Of a stretch of 64,000 nucleotides of DNA, positions 54,165 through 64,000 are shown one piece after another. Below the pieces are notes generated by a model. It was not told the origin of the DNA. It did no database searches and worked only from the letters and a program-made list of their open reading frames with translations. This stretch comes from Raillietiella orientalis (lineage: Eukaryota): positions 2,542,001 through 2,606,000 of the forward strand of contig JAYWIR010000017.1 in assembly GCA_036172245.1 (NCBI GenBank), in the 5' to 3' direction. Within the stretch, counting starts at the first letter, position 1. Every line of letters starts with the position of its first letter. The position numbers and the translations under genes were made by a program.

Positions 54165-54647
54165 TCAGACCTGCCACTTGGCCGGCTGACTATTGCCCAG
54201 GTGCTCCCTAAGGTAGAGCTGAGCCACGGCTAGGGAGGTCCTCTCAGCCCACGCACTCGAGGCGGGCTCCACGATGATGTCCTGCAGCGAGCGGCTGTTG
54301 TAAAAGGAGTGCAGCAGTCGCTGCCGCAACTCCGGGCTCGCTTCCTCAATCTGGCCCATGTGCGAAGGCTTTCCTGCAACCAGGAAGTGCCATTCGCGGG
54401 CCGGCAGGAGATCCAGGTGTTCATCCTAGTCAGCTTGACGACTCGCTGAAGCGCCAGTTCTCAGTGGAACAGGTACCGGCGTTTGCGGAGCGCTAGAAAG
54501 GTATACAGTCCCGCGAAGCTGCTGGCTCGCTGAACCAGGCGTCGTGAAGGCTCGCATTAGCTGGTACTTCACAACTGCGCCACTAGGGCTAACGTCCTGA
54601 ACTGTAGCTGCAGTTCCAGCCGCTCCAGCGTCAGGAGACCGAGGTCT
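54165..54647 (-). mobile_element. LINE family A ORF2 segment (thumb to WQV), inverted 5' part of a composite copy
   Basis: DLGLLTLE..WLQESLRTWARL..YLREHLGNSQPAKWQV matches GLGILTLE..WLEETVGTWAKL..FLRRALGSSQTLRWQV. Confidence 0.8.
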
Positions 54648-54649
54648 CA

Positions 54650-54950
54650 TTGCGACGCCGAGCACACAAGTCCTCTTCAAGAGGCGGACTCGGCGCTGTT
54701 GGTGCTGCGTTGGGGTCCCCCATGCAACGTCCGCCGCCACCACTGGACCTGGGGTGGTGTGGACCCGCATTGTGTTAGGTGCGGGATGCGGGAATCCCTT
54801 CCCCACCTGTTAGTGGAGTGTGTTGCCCTCCGGTCCCTCTGGGGACGCTTTACCGCGGCCCTGGGAACCCCCGGAGGCAACTCCAAGGATGCTCTTAAAC
54901 CCCTCTTCGTTCGAGATGCCCTTCGTCTAGTGGCCTCTCTGGAAGCCCTG
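54650..54950 (+). mobile_element. LINE family A CCHC region (left of the gene-fragment insertion)
   Basis: LRWGPPCNVRRHHWTWGGVDPHCVRCGMRESLPHLLVEC..VASLEAL. Confidence 0.9.
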
Positions 54951-55497
54951 GCAGTATTGCATCAGCCACAAAAGTATGATTTCTGTCATTATTGAAGTTT
55001 TCACCACTTTCAGTTTCTCCAGCCAGGAAATCAATCTTACGAGTTGCCATGCTTGTTAACATTGCTGTTATGCGGAGTTCAAGATCTGCATTGTACAATC
55101 CTATACAGTATGATCTGGAACTTTGTCATACACATGCAGTAACAGCTGCAACTTGTATTGCAACATCAGCCAAGCGTCTCAGCAACATCTCTTGCTTTAC
55201 AACATCAGCTCCATGTTGAACCAGTAAATGCAGTTTTGATGACTTCAACTTATTAGCACAATCTTTCAAAGCATCAGCTTGCAACTGAAGTGAAGGATGA
55301 ACTTCATATTGCAGCTTATGCCTTTTAAAAAAAAGGTTCAGTTTCTTTTGATATTTTTCTATTAACCAAAGCAAACTCACTTGAGGATGGTGAATTATGT
55401 TTCGAAACTTTTCAACTTTGTCACTTAGAATTTTAAGAGCATATAGCAGTCCATGGTATGCAATCAGTTGACGTATAGCACTGTTTGAGCCATCCAG
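54951..55497 (-). pseudogene. ACAD9: Fragment of an ACAD9/VLCAD-family acyl-CoA dehydrogenase gene (C-terminal exons plus an intron-like spacer)
   Basis: Exon 55381-55497 reads LDGSNSAIRQLIAYHGLLYALKILSDKVEKFRNIIHHPQ (EGTNEILR region). GTGAGT..TTTTAAAAG spacer at 55380-55322. Exon 55321-54951 reads VHPSLQLQAD..QHGADVVKQEMLLRRLADVAIQ..V*QSSRSYCIGLYNADLE..NNDRN, with an in-frame TGA at 55126-55128. Confidence 0.85.
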
Positions 55498-55920
55498 TGC
55501 TTACGCGGGATCGTCGCTGCCTGTAGTAAAGCAAGGGTGGACCCAGAGACAGGGATGCCATCCATTTTGCCGTCCAATTCATCAGGATGGCAAGGAGATG
55601 GACCCACCTGGACAGTAATCTCCAGCAACACCTTGCCGACATCCTAGAGAGGATGGACCGGACTACCACCAGCGGACAGTGATCCCTCTCCAATCCTCCC
55701 CCCCCCCCTTCAAAGTGTATTTATTTTTTATTTTTGTATTCTTTTTCTTTTTGGCCCCCTCCCCTCTGCTGCCGTGGTGTACCGCGCCGATCTGCGTACC
55801 GGCGACCCGATAGGTCTCATTGAAATTGGGGCTGGTTGGACCAACACACAAGGTCCAACCACAATTTCTTGTAATAAGTTTGTTGCAAAATAAACGCCCT
55901 GGCGCACCCGGGTGAAAATC
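55498..55920 (+). mobile_element. LINE family A ORF2 end and 3' UTR (right of the insertion)
   Basis: Resumes CLRGIVAA..RWTHL..ILERMDRTTTSGQ*, then a T-rich UTR, tctgcgtaccggc and aataaacgccctggcgcacccgggtg. Confidence 0.9.
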
Positions 55921-56749
55921 GAGCAAATTGCAGGAGTGAGACGCCCTTTCGCTTCATATCCCTCATCCTTTCCCTTTCTCTTCCTCAGTCTGAATGATTC
56001 ACATGAAGCAAATGCCATTGTGGTGTCCGTGTGGTGCGCTGGGTGCCTTTTCCTCCGGTGCTGACCACGTGACTGATAAACACGATCCCGAATGTCGGAA
56101 TCCCGAAGTATTTCAATCTTGGAAGTTTAAAATCCCGAAAATACAGTTCATCATTTACTAGAAAAGTTTCATTTATCGAGTGCTGGAAATGATGCGAAAA
56201 TGAAATGCATAGCGAAGCGGATTATAAAAAATAAAAAGAATGACAGTTTAAAATGGGGGAAGGGGGGAGCAAAGCATAAGGAAGCTAAAAAAAGAAATTC
56301 AGCATATGAAAGAGCATGCATTAGAGGGATAGATTGTGGATAAAAAACTATATTAAGAACGATCTCTATAAACAACCAGAGCACCACCAATTACCAATTC
56401 CTCTTAGGAAGCCTTTTTTTCAATGCGGATTGCATTTTCAACAGGAATTGTGGCATTTGACATTCACCGCGATCCAAGAATTCCAAACATCGTTAATGAT
56501 CGTGGAAGTCGGCCAGCTCTTATGGAACACCTACGTGCCACTGACCACAATCTATCCCTGTGTTATTTTCAAAGTCGACAGCTACAATAGCACAAATCTC
56601 TCTTCCCCATCTTTCACGCTTCCTTTCTGGTAGCTGGAGTTGTTACGAGGGTTGTCATGATAGGTTGCAATCATCGAGACGTCCTGTAGCCTGTATTTGG
56701 GCGACGCCTTCCTCTCCCTTCAAGAGCTGCTCCTCTTCTTGAGGATTTG

Positions 56750-57340
56750 GGAGTCATCCGATAATCGTCCAAGCCGATACTCCAGTAGGTGTCACGAGTG
56801 TAGCGAATTCACGAGGATAACCCATAAGCTGTCTCATTTTATCCGCACAGGGGACATCCAGTTCACGGAGGACTATTTCCTTGCTGGGGTCCCAAGTTTC
56901 CAGAGGTCTAATGGTGATGGCCAGCACCTTTGCATCGACTCCTTTCTTGGACTGCTGGCTGGAAACATCTTGGTATTCGGATATTGTCTCATTCCCGGCG
57001 ATGCTGGGAGCTTCTTCCCCACTGTCAAAGGAGCAAGCTGGATCCAGCACCACCCATCCTCCTGCCCTTCTGTGATACCAGATCTGGACTCAAGACTAGT
57101 CGGATCAAGACCACGGACGCGCTGGTGAGCGGACGCCGGTTCCCATGGTGCCGATTTCTACCGCTGCTGATTTGATCTTTTCCACGATCGCATCATACCA
57201 GGCCATGTGTAGACGATAGATGGTATGCAGTGATTTGTCACGTAAGGCAATATCTCGTCCCGCAGGACACAACGACGACATAAGCTATCAGCTTCCCCAC
57301 TTCTGGCAGATTCAACCTTGCGGCGTGGATGCACCTGCAA
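56750..57340 (-). mobile_element. Second NeSL/Utopia-like RLE C-terminus, decayed
   Basis: CRRCVLRDEILPYVTNHC, LSPDLV, VLDPACSFDSGEEA..EYQD..ITIRPLETWDPSKE. Confidence 0.8.
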
Positions 57341-58799
57341 TCCTCAAATCTCAGGTATTCCTAATATGTAAGAAAACAGCTCAAAGGACTATGCAGTTTG
57401 CGGCGCATGGCTTCCCCTTCATCTGAATCATTCTCTGCCAGGAGTTGCCTTCCTTCTTCTTACGAAGGAGGAGAATTTCCTTCTTTAGACATCAAGAATC
57501 ATTTCGCTGATCTGAATTGTCGGTTCTTCTCATTGAAAATTCCAAACTGCTTCTGATCTTTGAAAGTCTGCCTTCCGATGGTCCATGAGCTTTGTACATC
57601 CTCGCTCAACCTGGAAAGCTTCCCAGATCTGTCACTTGTCACCCGACATAAATTTGCCATGATCATCCTCTTTGGGTGTAAAAAAAAATTTTCTTCAGCA
57701 ATTTATGTTTTGGCGGCATCATCCAGCATACGTGGAATTTTCTTTTCTGTTTTTTTTATCTGATCTCTTTTTTATTTTATTTTTTTCTCGCAATTTTAAA
57801 TGATCAGCATCTCTTTTTTATTTTTTTATAATTCTCCTTGCTACACTTTTCATTTTCGCATCATTTCCAGCACTCAACAAGTTAGACTTTCTCAGTAAAT
57901 GATGAACTGTATTTTCGGATTTCAAACTTTCGGAATTACGGTGTTCAGATTTTGTCTTTCAGTGTCATGAACCCAAGCCACGTTCCCCTCCTTTCCTGCG
58001 TGAAAAAGCAAGCGAGGACGTCAAAAGTGCTGGAATTTTCCAGAACCCCAGCTGGGTTGTTGAATCTCCAAACAGCTCAATTCTGATTTCGTCAGTTTCT
58101 TTTTGCTCAGCTTAGTCTTGAAAAGAGTGAATCAATCTTGTGATTAGTTGTCTCCTTTCCTTTCGAAAATCTTCTATGAGGGATGCTGCACGAATCTTTT
58201 GGTTCAACGTTTCCGTTATCCATCCATCTTTTTTGATCTCATTTTTTATGGATCTGTCGTATGAGTTCACGCCCATCTTGCATGATTCCAGTAGGAGTTT
58301 AGACGGAATCTCCATCATCGTTTCGTCCGTATTCCCCAGCTCGTTCTCATGAAGCTGTAGTTCTTGAAGGCATCTTCTGCATGGACGGTGACTCACCTGA
58401 TCTTCCAGCGGAATTCCCAGTTTGGTTCGAGCCCTTCATTCCTATTTTCACGTGCTGTACTTGTCTTTTCGGAGTCTTGAACTCTGCTAGTACTTTGCCT
58501 TCCTCCGGATTCCACGATCCCAGGGATTATTCGGGGACTGCTCTTGCTGTTGCGGGCACCCTTTTGGAAGTGAAATGGCAAGCCAATCTTCTATAGCTGC
58601 TGTCCTTTTTCTACCTCGCCCTTTTATTGCTGTTGCCGAGAACTCAAAGGGACACGTCCCTTTGAGTTCAGTCCTTCACCCTGGGGCTCCGGACTTCGCC
58701 TTAGCTTCGAGTCACTCCCCGGGACAACTCATCAAGCTCGAAGTTTCAGGGTAGCCCTCTTGATCGCGCCTTCCGGTTCGTCGTGTCTTTTAGCCATCA

Positions 58800-59330
58800 C
58801 GATTTCATTGTAGGTGCATTGGTTAGCATGTGGCCTAGAGATTCTTCCCATCTTCTGCACAAAAGGTTCTTCTTCAACTTTGGTGGGGCGAGAGCCTCAC
58901 AGACAAAAAGCTGAGCTGTGCATTGTGAATGAATCTGTAATCCGTGGATCGAGGATGGTTTGCCGTTGAACAGGAAATGCCGTCCAGCACAGGACATGAG
59001 CCTTCCTTGATCCGAACGTTTTGTGACAACGGAAGTCCTTGCTGCCTTGGGTCGGATTCCTCCTTCAAATGCATGTGAAACGTGGACTTTGCAAGGCGGT
59101 TTTCGGAACGCCAAAAATTAGCATTGCATCTTCATTCGATCAGGCGCTTCTGCCTAGTCCAGAAGCCCTTGACTCAACGGACATAAAACCCAAATTTCCA
59201 TCAGTCGGAAGTGCGTGTGGTCGCTTTCCTATTGCTGTCATTTTTACAAGGTCTGTTTGAAAAGCTTATGTCGGCTGATCGATATGAAGGCTAAGAACGG
59301 GTCATACTTCTTGCACGGCTGCAGCTACCG
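58800..59330 (-). pseudogene. Caspase-like domain remnant 4
   Basis: KYDPFLAFISIS..F, GNLGFM, HVSHAFEGGI (LSHGxEG), SCPVLDG/NGKP, LLCRRWEESLGHMLTN (p10) across frames. Confidence 0.45.
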
Positions 59331-60139
59331 AAGTTAGGAGTTTGAAGCAGCTGTCTATTGCAAAGGAGCCCCTTCGTCAAGTTAAGTAGGCAGACCGAAG
59401 CATGCCGTAGGCAGGTCTACGTGCACGTTCCCTTCTCTCTTTGGTACGCTCACGCGCGCGCGCTTTTGGCTGGCTGTGTTCTTGCAGACGAACCCTGCAA
59501 AGAAACACCAATCGTGCAGTGCTTTGGGGATCGTATTAGATGTCCCGCTAGTCAATGGATTGGATTTTCCGAGCTTCAATTAGTCCATTCAGTTTCATAT
59601 TCTTCTGGGTCTCTTGATATCATATCTCACAGCATAAATACCAATAAATATGGATCAAGAATGTACCAAAACTCTACGGAACCTTCATGCATTTCTGGGG
59701 AGTCCTTTGCCTTTGCATGGATGGCTCCCAAGTTTCCCAAGCTCATCGAGCTCTCAAAGATCCTATGGCACCGACCAACTGATGCTCTCACGAACTTTCT
59801 ACCCAGATCTTAAGGTCTTCATGTTGGTTCGGCTCATCAGCTTGAATCGACTCGACCTTTTCGAACAGACCTGGCCAGGGGGGACATGCTCACGATGAGA
59901 GAGATACGGTGTTATTGTCAGTCGCGCACGAAACACCCGTCTATGTATTGTGCTAAGAGATGATGAGCGCTGAGGCACGCAAGTTTCGGGATAGAATATG
60001 GCATTTCCATGGCTACTTTAGCTATTGCAGCAACAGGAGAGCAGCTGCATTTTTCTGCGCGTGTTTCATGGTTCGTGTTGGCCCTTGCGTTTGGTAGAGA
60101 GGTCATGTGCACCGTCGTGAAAACTGCGTCATTTTTCCG

Positions 60140-60397
60140 TTGGCCAAGTACGTTGCTTCACCCAGTGGGGACATCGGAGGACTTCGAAGCTCTCACGCAC
60201 CCAAGGTGCGCGCGAAGGGGAGAAAAGGGGACCTCAAGAAAGACCACTTCGGATTCCCGGCTCCGGGTCAACGGAACCATTTGGCCACGAAAGCGACCGC
60301 GCCCTACCCGTGCACATCCGAATCATGGAGCCATCCCAGCACCAGCGTCACCACGCTAAGACTCTAAACCCTCGACGCATCCAAATCTGGACGTCGA
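60140..60397. repeat. Dispersed repeat of about 255 bp, copy 2 (unclassified)
   Basis: Homologous to 26696-26951. Confidence 0.8.
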
Positions 60398-60432
60398 CTT
60401 GCAAAGTGTCGACGGTTGCATTTCTTCGAGAC

Positions 60433-60500
60433 CTTACGGGTATTCGAACCCGGAGCGCTTGGTGCTGCGCACGGACGCCGTGGCCACACGGCCGTCAACG
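60433..60500 (-). repeat. tRNA-like module shared with the ORF1-associated family
   Basis: Minus strand ggccgtgtggccacggcg..accaagcgctccgggttcgaatacccgtaag matches 16137-16183 and 38987-39051. Confidence 0.6.
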
Positions 60501-61299
60501 GACAGGGACGTGTGGCCGCGTCGGCGTAATTGTGGTTGTGTCGCGACTACGGTGCTTTTGGAATGCCAAGATTGAAGCTTTTCCCCCCTTTGGACTTTCT
60601 GCGCATCATCCACTCCGTTTCAAAAGTCTTTTCGAGCAAACCCTTAAGCACTTCTTCCGGGTTTCGCTCTTGAAACAAGAGCATTGGAATACAAGGATTG
60701 ATCAGCTCCAAGATGATGGGAATGGTGTTCCCTTCCCATCATCTATTCGTGCTTATGCTTTGAGGAGGTTGTTTGAGAGTCTTTTCTATGTTTTACAAGG
60801 TTCCTGAATATTGTGGCTAAGTCACTTTAGATCTTTTGATTTCGTCCTCATTTTTTTCATCTTCATCTCCGTACTCCTTCTTGCGCTTTTTTTATTCCAG
60901 GATGCTTCCTTTCTTCCCACAAAATTTCATGTGCTCCCGGTGAATCTTTCGATCACCCCTGATTAGCAGCAGCTTCATTTCGAACCCACCACGCCAGCAA
61001 GGATACATTTTGTAGTCCTTCGCCGCTCAAAAAGATGTCCTCCTTTTAGTGAAGAACCTTGTTCAACTTCCTTCCAATCCTGTGAATCCGATGGGAGCAT
61101 GGCCCGTTCAAGCAAAGTTGACGTAAACCCTGTGCACGGCGAGAGAGATAGCTGTCTAGTGGAACCGTACTGCCCCTGACTTGACACGCTCGAGAATGAA
61201 GAGTTCGCCCTCCCATGATTCACCTGCGAACGTCTTTTCATTCTTAGTGGGTGTGGCAAGAGGAGGCTGCGATCACTTCATAGTTTCTCCTAAAACGAG

Positions 61300-61715
61300 G
61301 AACGTCACTGCGACGCCTCGGGGAGGCGTGCACCCGCTGCAGGATATGTTGAGAACCCTGCCGCACGCGCTTTCGGAATGCGGAAGGCTGGAGCATCTCC
61401 GTGGGCACCCGAACTCCCCGATGCTGCTGCCCCAGAGGATTCGCTCGAGCGGATGTGCTGGCATCTCCATGGTCGCCAGCCGCCTCCTCGCTGGCGATTC
61501 CCCGCCACGTGCGAACGCAACCGGCAGCCGAAATCGAGGGCAGCGAGGCGGCCCAATCGGGAATTTGGGGGGCGAAAGGGCTCACCTCGACACCGGTGGA
61601 CGCACCGTGTCCCGCTTCCTCCCTTCCCTGCCCTACTCAGGCCCCCAGGGATCGCTCGCGGTGCCGCAGGTCCGCTTTACACCATTCCCCATTTAGTGAT
61701 TGATTGATTGATTGT
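61300..61715 (+). mobile_element. Diverged LINE family B 3' end followed by (GATT)4
   Basis: RTLPHALSECGRLEHL (zf-RVT-like); ggtggacgca..caggcccccag..tccgctttacacc similar to 24735-24840. Confidence 0.55.
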
Positions 61716-64000
61716 CCCTTCTTGTTTGCCTCCCTCTTCTTCTCCCTATTTCCATGCCCAGAGAGCAACCTCGGGCCGTCGTATGTGGATTCTTCTCCAA
61801 CCACAAAATTTTATTTATTCACGTTGAATAAGTGGTCTAATTGAATAAGTGGCAATCCTGAATGAGACGACTTGGTGCTCTCCACAGCTTGCTGCATTAT
61901 TTGACTTCTGTGAAACCATCGCTCAACTTCCAAGCAACTTTGCAGTGTTCCCAGAAGCCAATCTTCTACCAAAGATGTTCCTTCCAAGTATGCCATTTCT
62001 AATACCAAGGAAGTTGTAACGTACATATTAAATCCTTTCGTCCACACCTTTTCGAACTGTGCAGACCAACTTCTCCCTAGGAAGCTGCATGCAGATGAAG
62101 TGTCGCAAAAAGGTCTCTGGAAGCATTACTCGGAATTCTGTCTCGGAATTTTCTTAGAAGCGATCAAGAGTGAGTGAGGGCATCTCGAAGGCATCTTCGC
62201 TTGCTCCATTGCTCCTCGCTCTTCTCCGAGCGTTCCAAAGTCACCAATCGTTGGCATATCAGAGAATCAGAAAATGATGAGAAGAAAAAAAAAAAACATA
62301 CATGGAGGCACAGGACGATCCTATTTGCATGATTCCCGGCAGACAACGCGCATAACTGGAGCCGCGCGTATCAGTTGAAAAAACCTGACCTGCCTCTGGA
62401 GCGGTCTCCTGTTTTGCATTGGCCGGGATCTAGAGTTTTGGTCCCTCAAGCTGATGCGCAAGCGAACAAGCAGCCTGGAATCTCCTTTGCACCTCTTACA
62501 AGACCCTCCCAGCTACAGGAATTTGCGATCAGATTGCCTCAAGTACGTTCTTAATGACAACCGTGATGCGCCTGTTTGCGATCTGTTTGCAGCCACACTC
62601 AAAGAGTCGCTTCTGCCTCACAGTCCTTCGTAGTTCCTAGACGAAGGGTTTCGCTAGGTTGTCAGGTCATAAGGTGAATTAAAAATGCTTTCTTTTACAG
62701 ATGCATCTTTTGACGGAAATGTTCTGCATTCTGTCGTTTTGAAATCAGAAGTCTACTCTTGTGGATTCATCAATGCGCACAATCGATCTTGGCATGCTGA
62801 AACCTTCTCCCCTTCCCCTTTCTTCGAGTGCGACCGCACCCTACCCAGGCTTTTCTTAGAAGTTGCGTCCAGTAGGTGTGGACCGACTCGTTGGACCTCT
62901 CTCCTTTCAGGAGTTGAGTTCACTTTCGCCCTCAGTCCTCCGACTCTCTTAGAGTCGCTGCTTGAAGCAGAGGACCTCTAGGCTTTCTCCTTTTGCTGCA
63001 TCATCCTACCTTTGTCACTGAAAGTCATCCGAAACGCTGTGGGCTTCATGCCCCAGCATCCGGCATGCAAGTCATAAGAATCTCCTCTTCGGCAGCATTG
63101 AGACACTGGAATGGGTCTGCAGAAGACTTTTCATCATTGAAGACTAAGTTAACATACCTTGACTGACTTATTCTTGGTTCTGGGCTGGTTGGTTGCTTTC
63201 GATTCCCCAGTCTTGCAGTTTATTGGTAGATCGCCTTTTTCGAGGAAAAACCAAGTTCCTACAGTAGTTCTACATATACAGTATTCAATCTACATATATA
63301 GAATAGTACACTTATGTAACTTTGTATATCTAGATCAAAATTAATTCAATTCTAAATTAATTCCGCTTCAGTGATCGACGTTTCCTAACATATATAACGC
63401 GCTTCGAGATTAAATATTAATTTGAATTAAATATATTTGTATTGCACCTAGCACATTATATGAGACTCATAATGACGACTTTGAGAATTAAAAAGAGGCT
63501 TTTATTTATTTCTAGTGAATGTTTGGAATATCCAGACTATTTATGAATACAAAGCACTCTATAAAGTAGGAACAATGAAAAGGATGCTTTCCTGTCCGTG
63601 CTGAAGGTTAATCCAGAATGTCTCGATAAAGAATTGCCAAATTATTTTCTCCTCGCTTCCCAGATTTGTTTACATCGGCCTTTTCACATAAAAATGAAAA
63701 GAAAAGAAAAAAGTGATCAATTTCCTGTTGGACTGAACTTTCCAGTCTATTGAAAGCGCAGGCAGAGGTCACCTTTGCGTATTCATAGCAGGAAGAACTG
63801 CTTTCACTGATGCTTCAGATTGCATGCGGGGATAACGCTTCGCAGCGTTGAAGCAGAGGAGAATTCGATAATTCTTCCTGACTGGCAATATGAAGAAAAA
63901 GATTCGTTTGCATCTGATGCGATGCGATAACATCTTTAAAGAAATTTCACCGATCGTGTCCACTGGAATTCACATCAAAAGAATGGGACCTTTGATATCC

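Noticed and set aside
61460..61545. HDV ribozyme-like string atggtcgccagccgcctcctcgctggcg
   Set aside because: P1 is imperfect, there is no GG for P1.1 and no P2 partner after CGAA; it folds as a simple 8-bp hairpin inside LINE coding sequence.
1..64000. Hundreds of short six-frame ORFs as real genes; CRISPR array, rRNA or prokaryotic operons
   Set aside because: The ORFs overlap randomly on both strands and true motifs hop between frames; I see no regularly spaced repeats, rRNA signatures or operon structure.

Overview
Eukaryotic DNA, probably an arthropod (inferred from an ACAD9/Enigma-like fragment with the RSYCIGL motif and a GT-AG intron). I see no intact protein-coding gene, rRNA, functional tRNA, CRISPR array or prokaryotic operon; nearly all listed ORFs are chance frames or pieces of decayed elements. 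The window is a graveyard of three kinds of material. (i) Many fragments of L1/Tx1-like LINEs: ORF1, APE, RT, CCHC/zf-RVT and two 3'-end families. (ii) Decayed RLE-type non-LTR elements: two NeSL/Utopia-like C-termini and one RT remnant. (iii) Frameshifted remnants of cell-death/immunity-type genes: four caspase-like domains, a Roc-COR-death-domain gene, a Schlafen-type SF1 helicase and possibly NACHT proteins. The most notable observations are an intron-containing ACAD9-like fragment inserted cleanly into a LINE, a LINE 3'-UTR stem-loop conserved in position but not sequence, a tRNA-like module recurring in an ORF1-associated repeat, and 5'-inverted LINE copies. All assignments come from manual translation and motif recognition with no database search, and boundaries of decayed features are approximate. 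I cannot support a new, intact biological system here.
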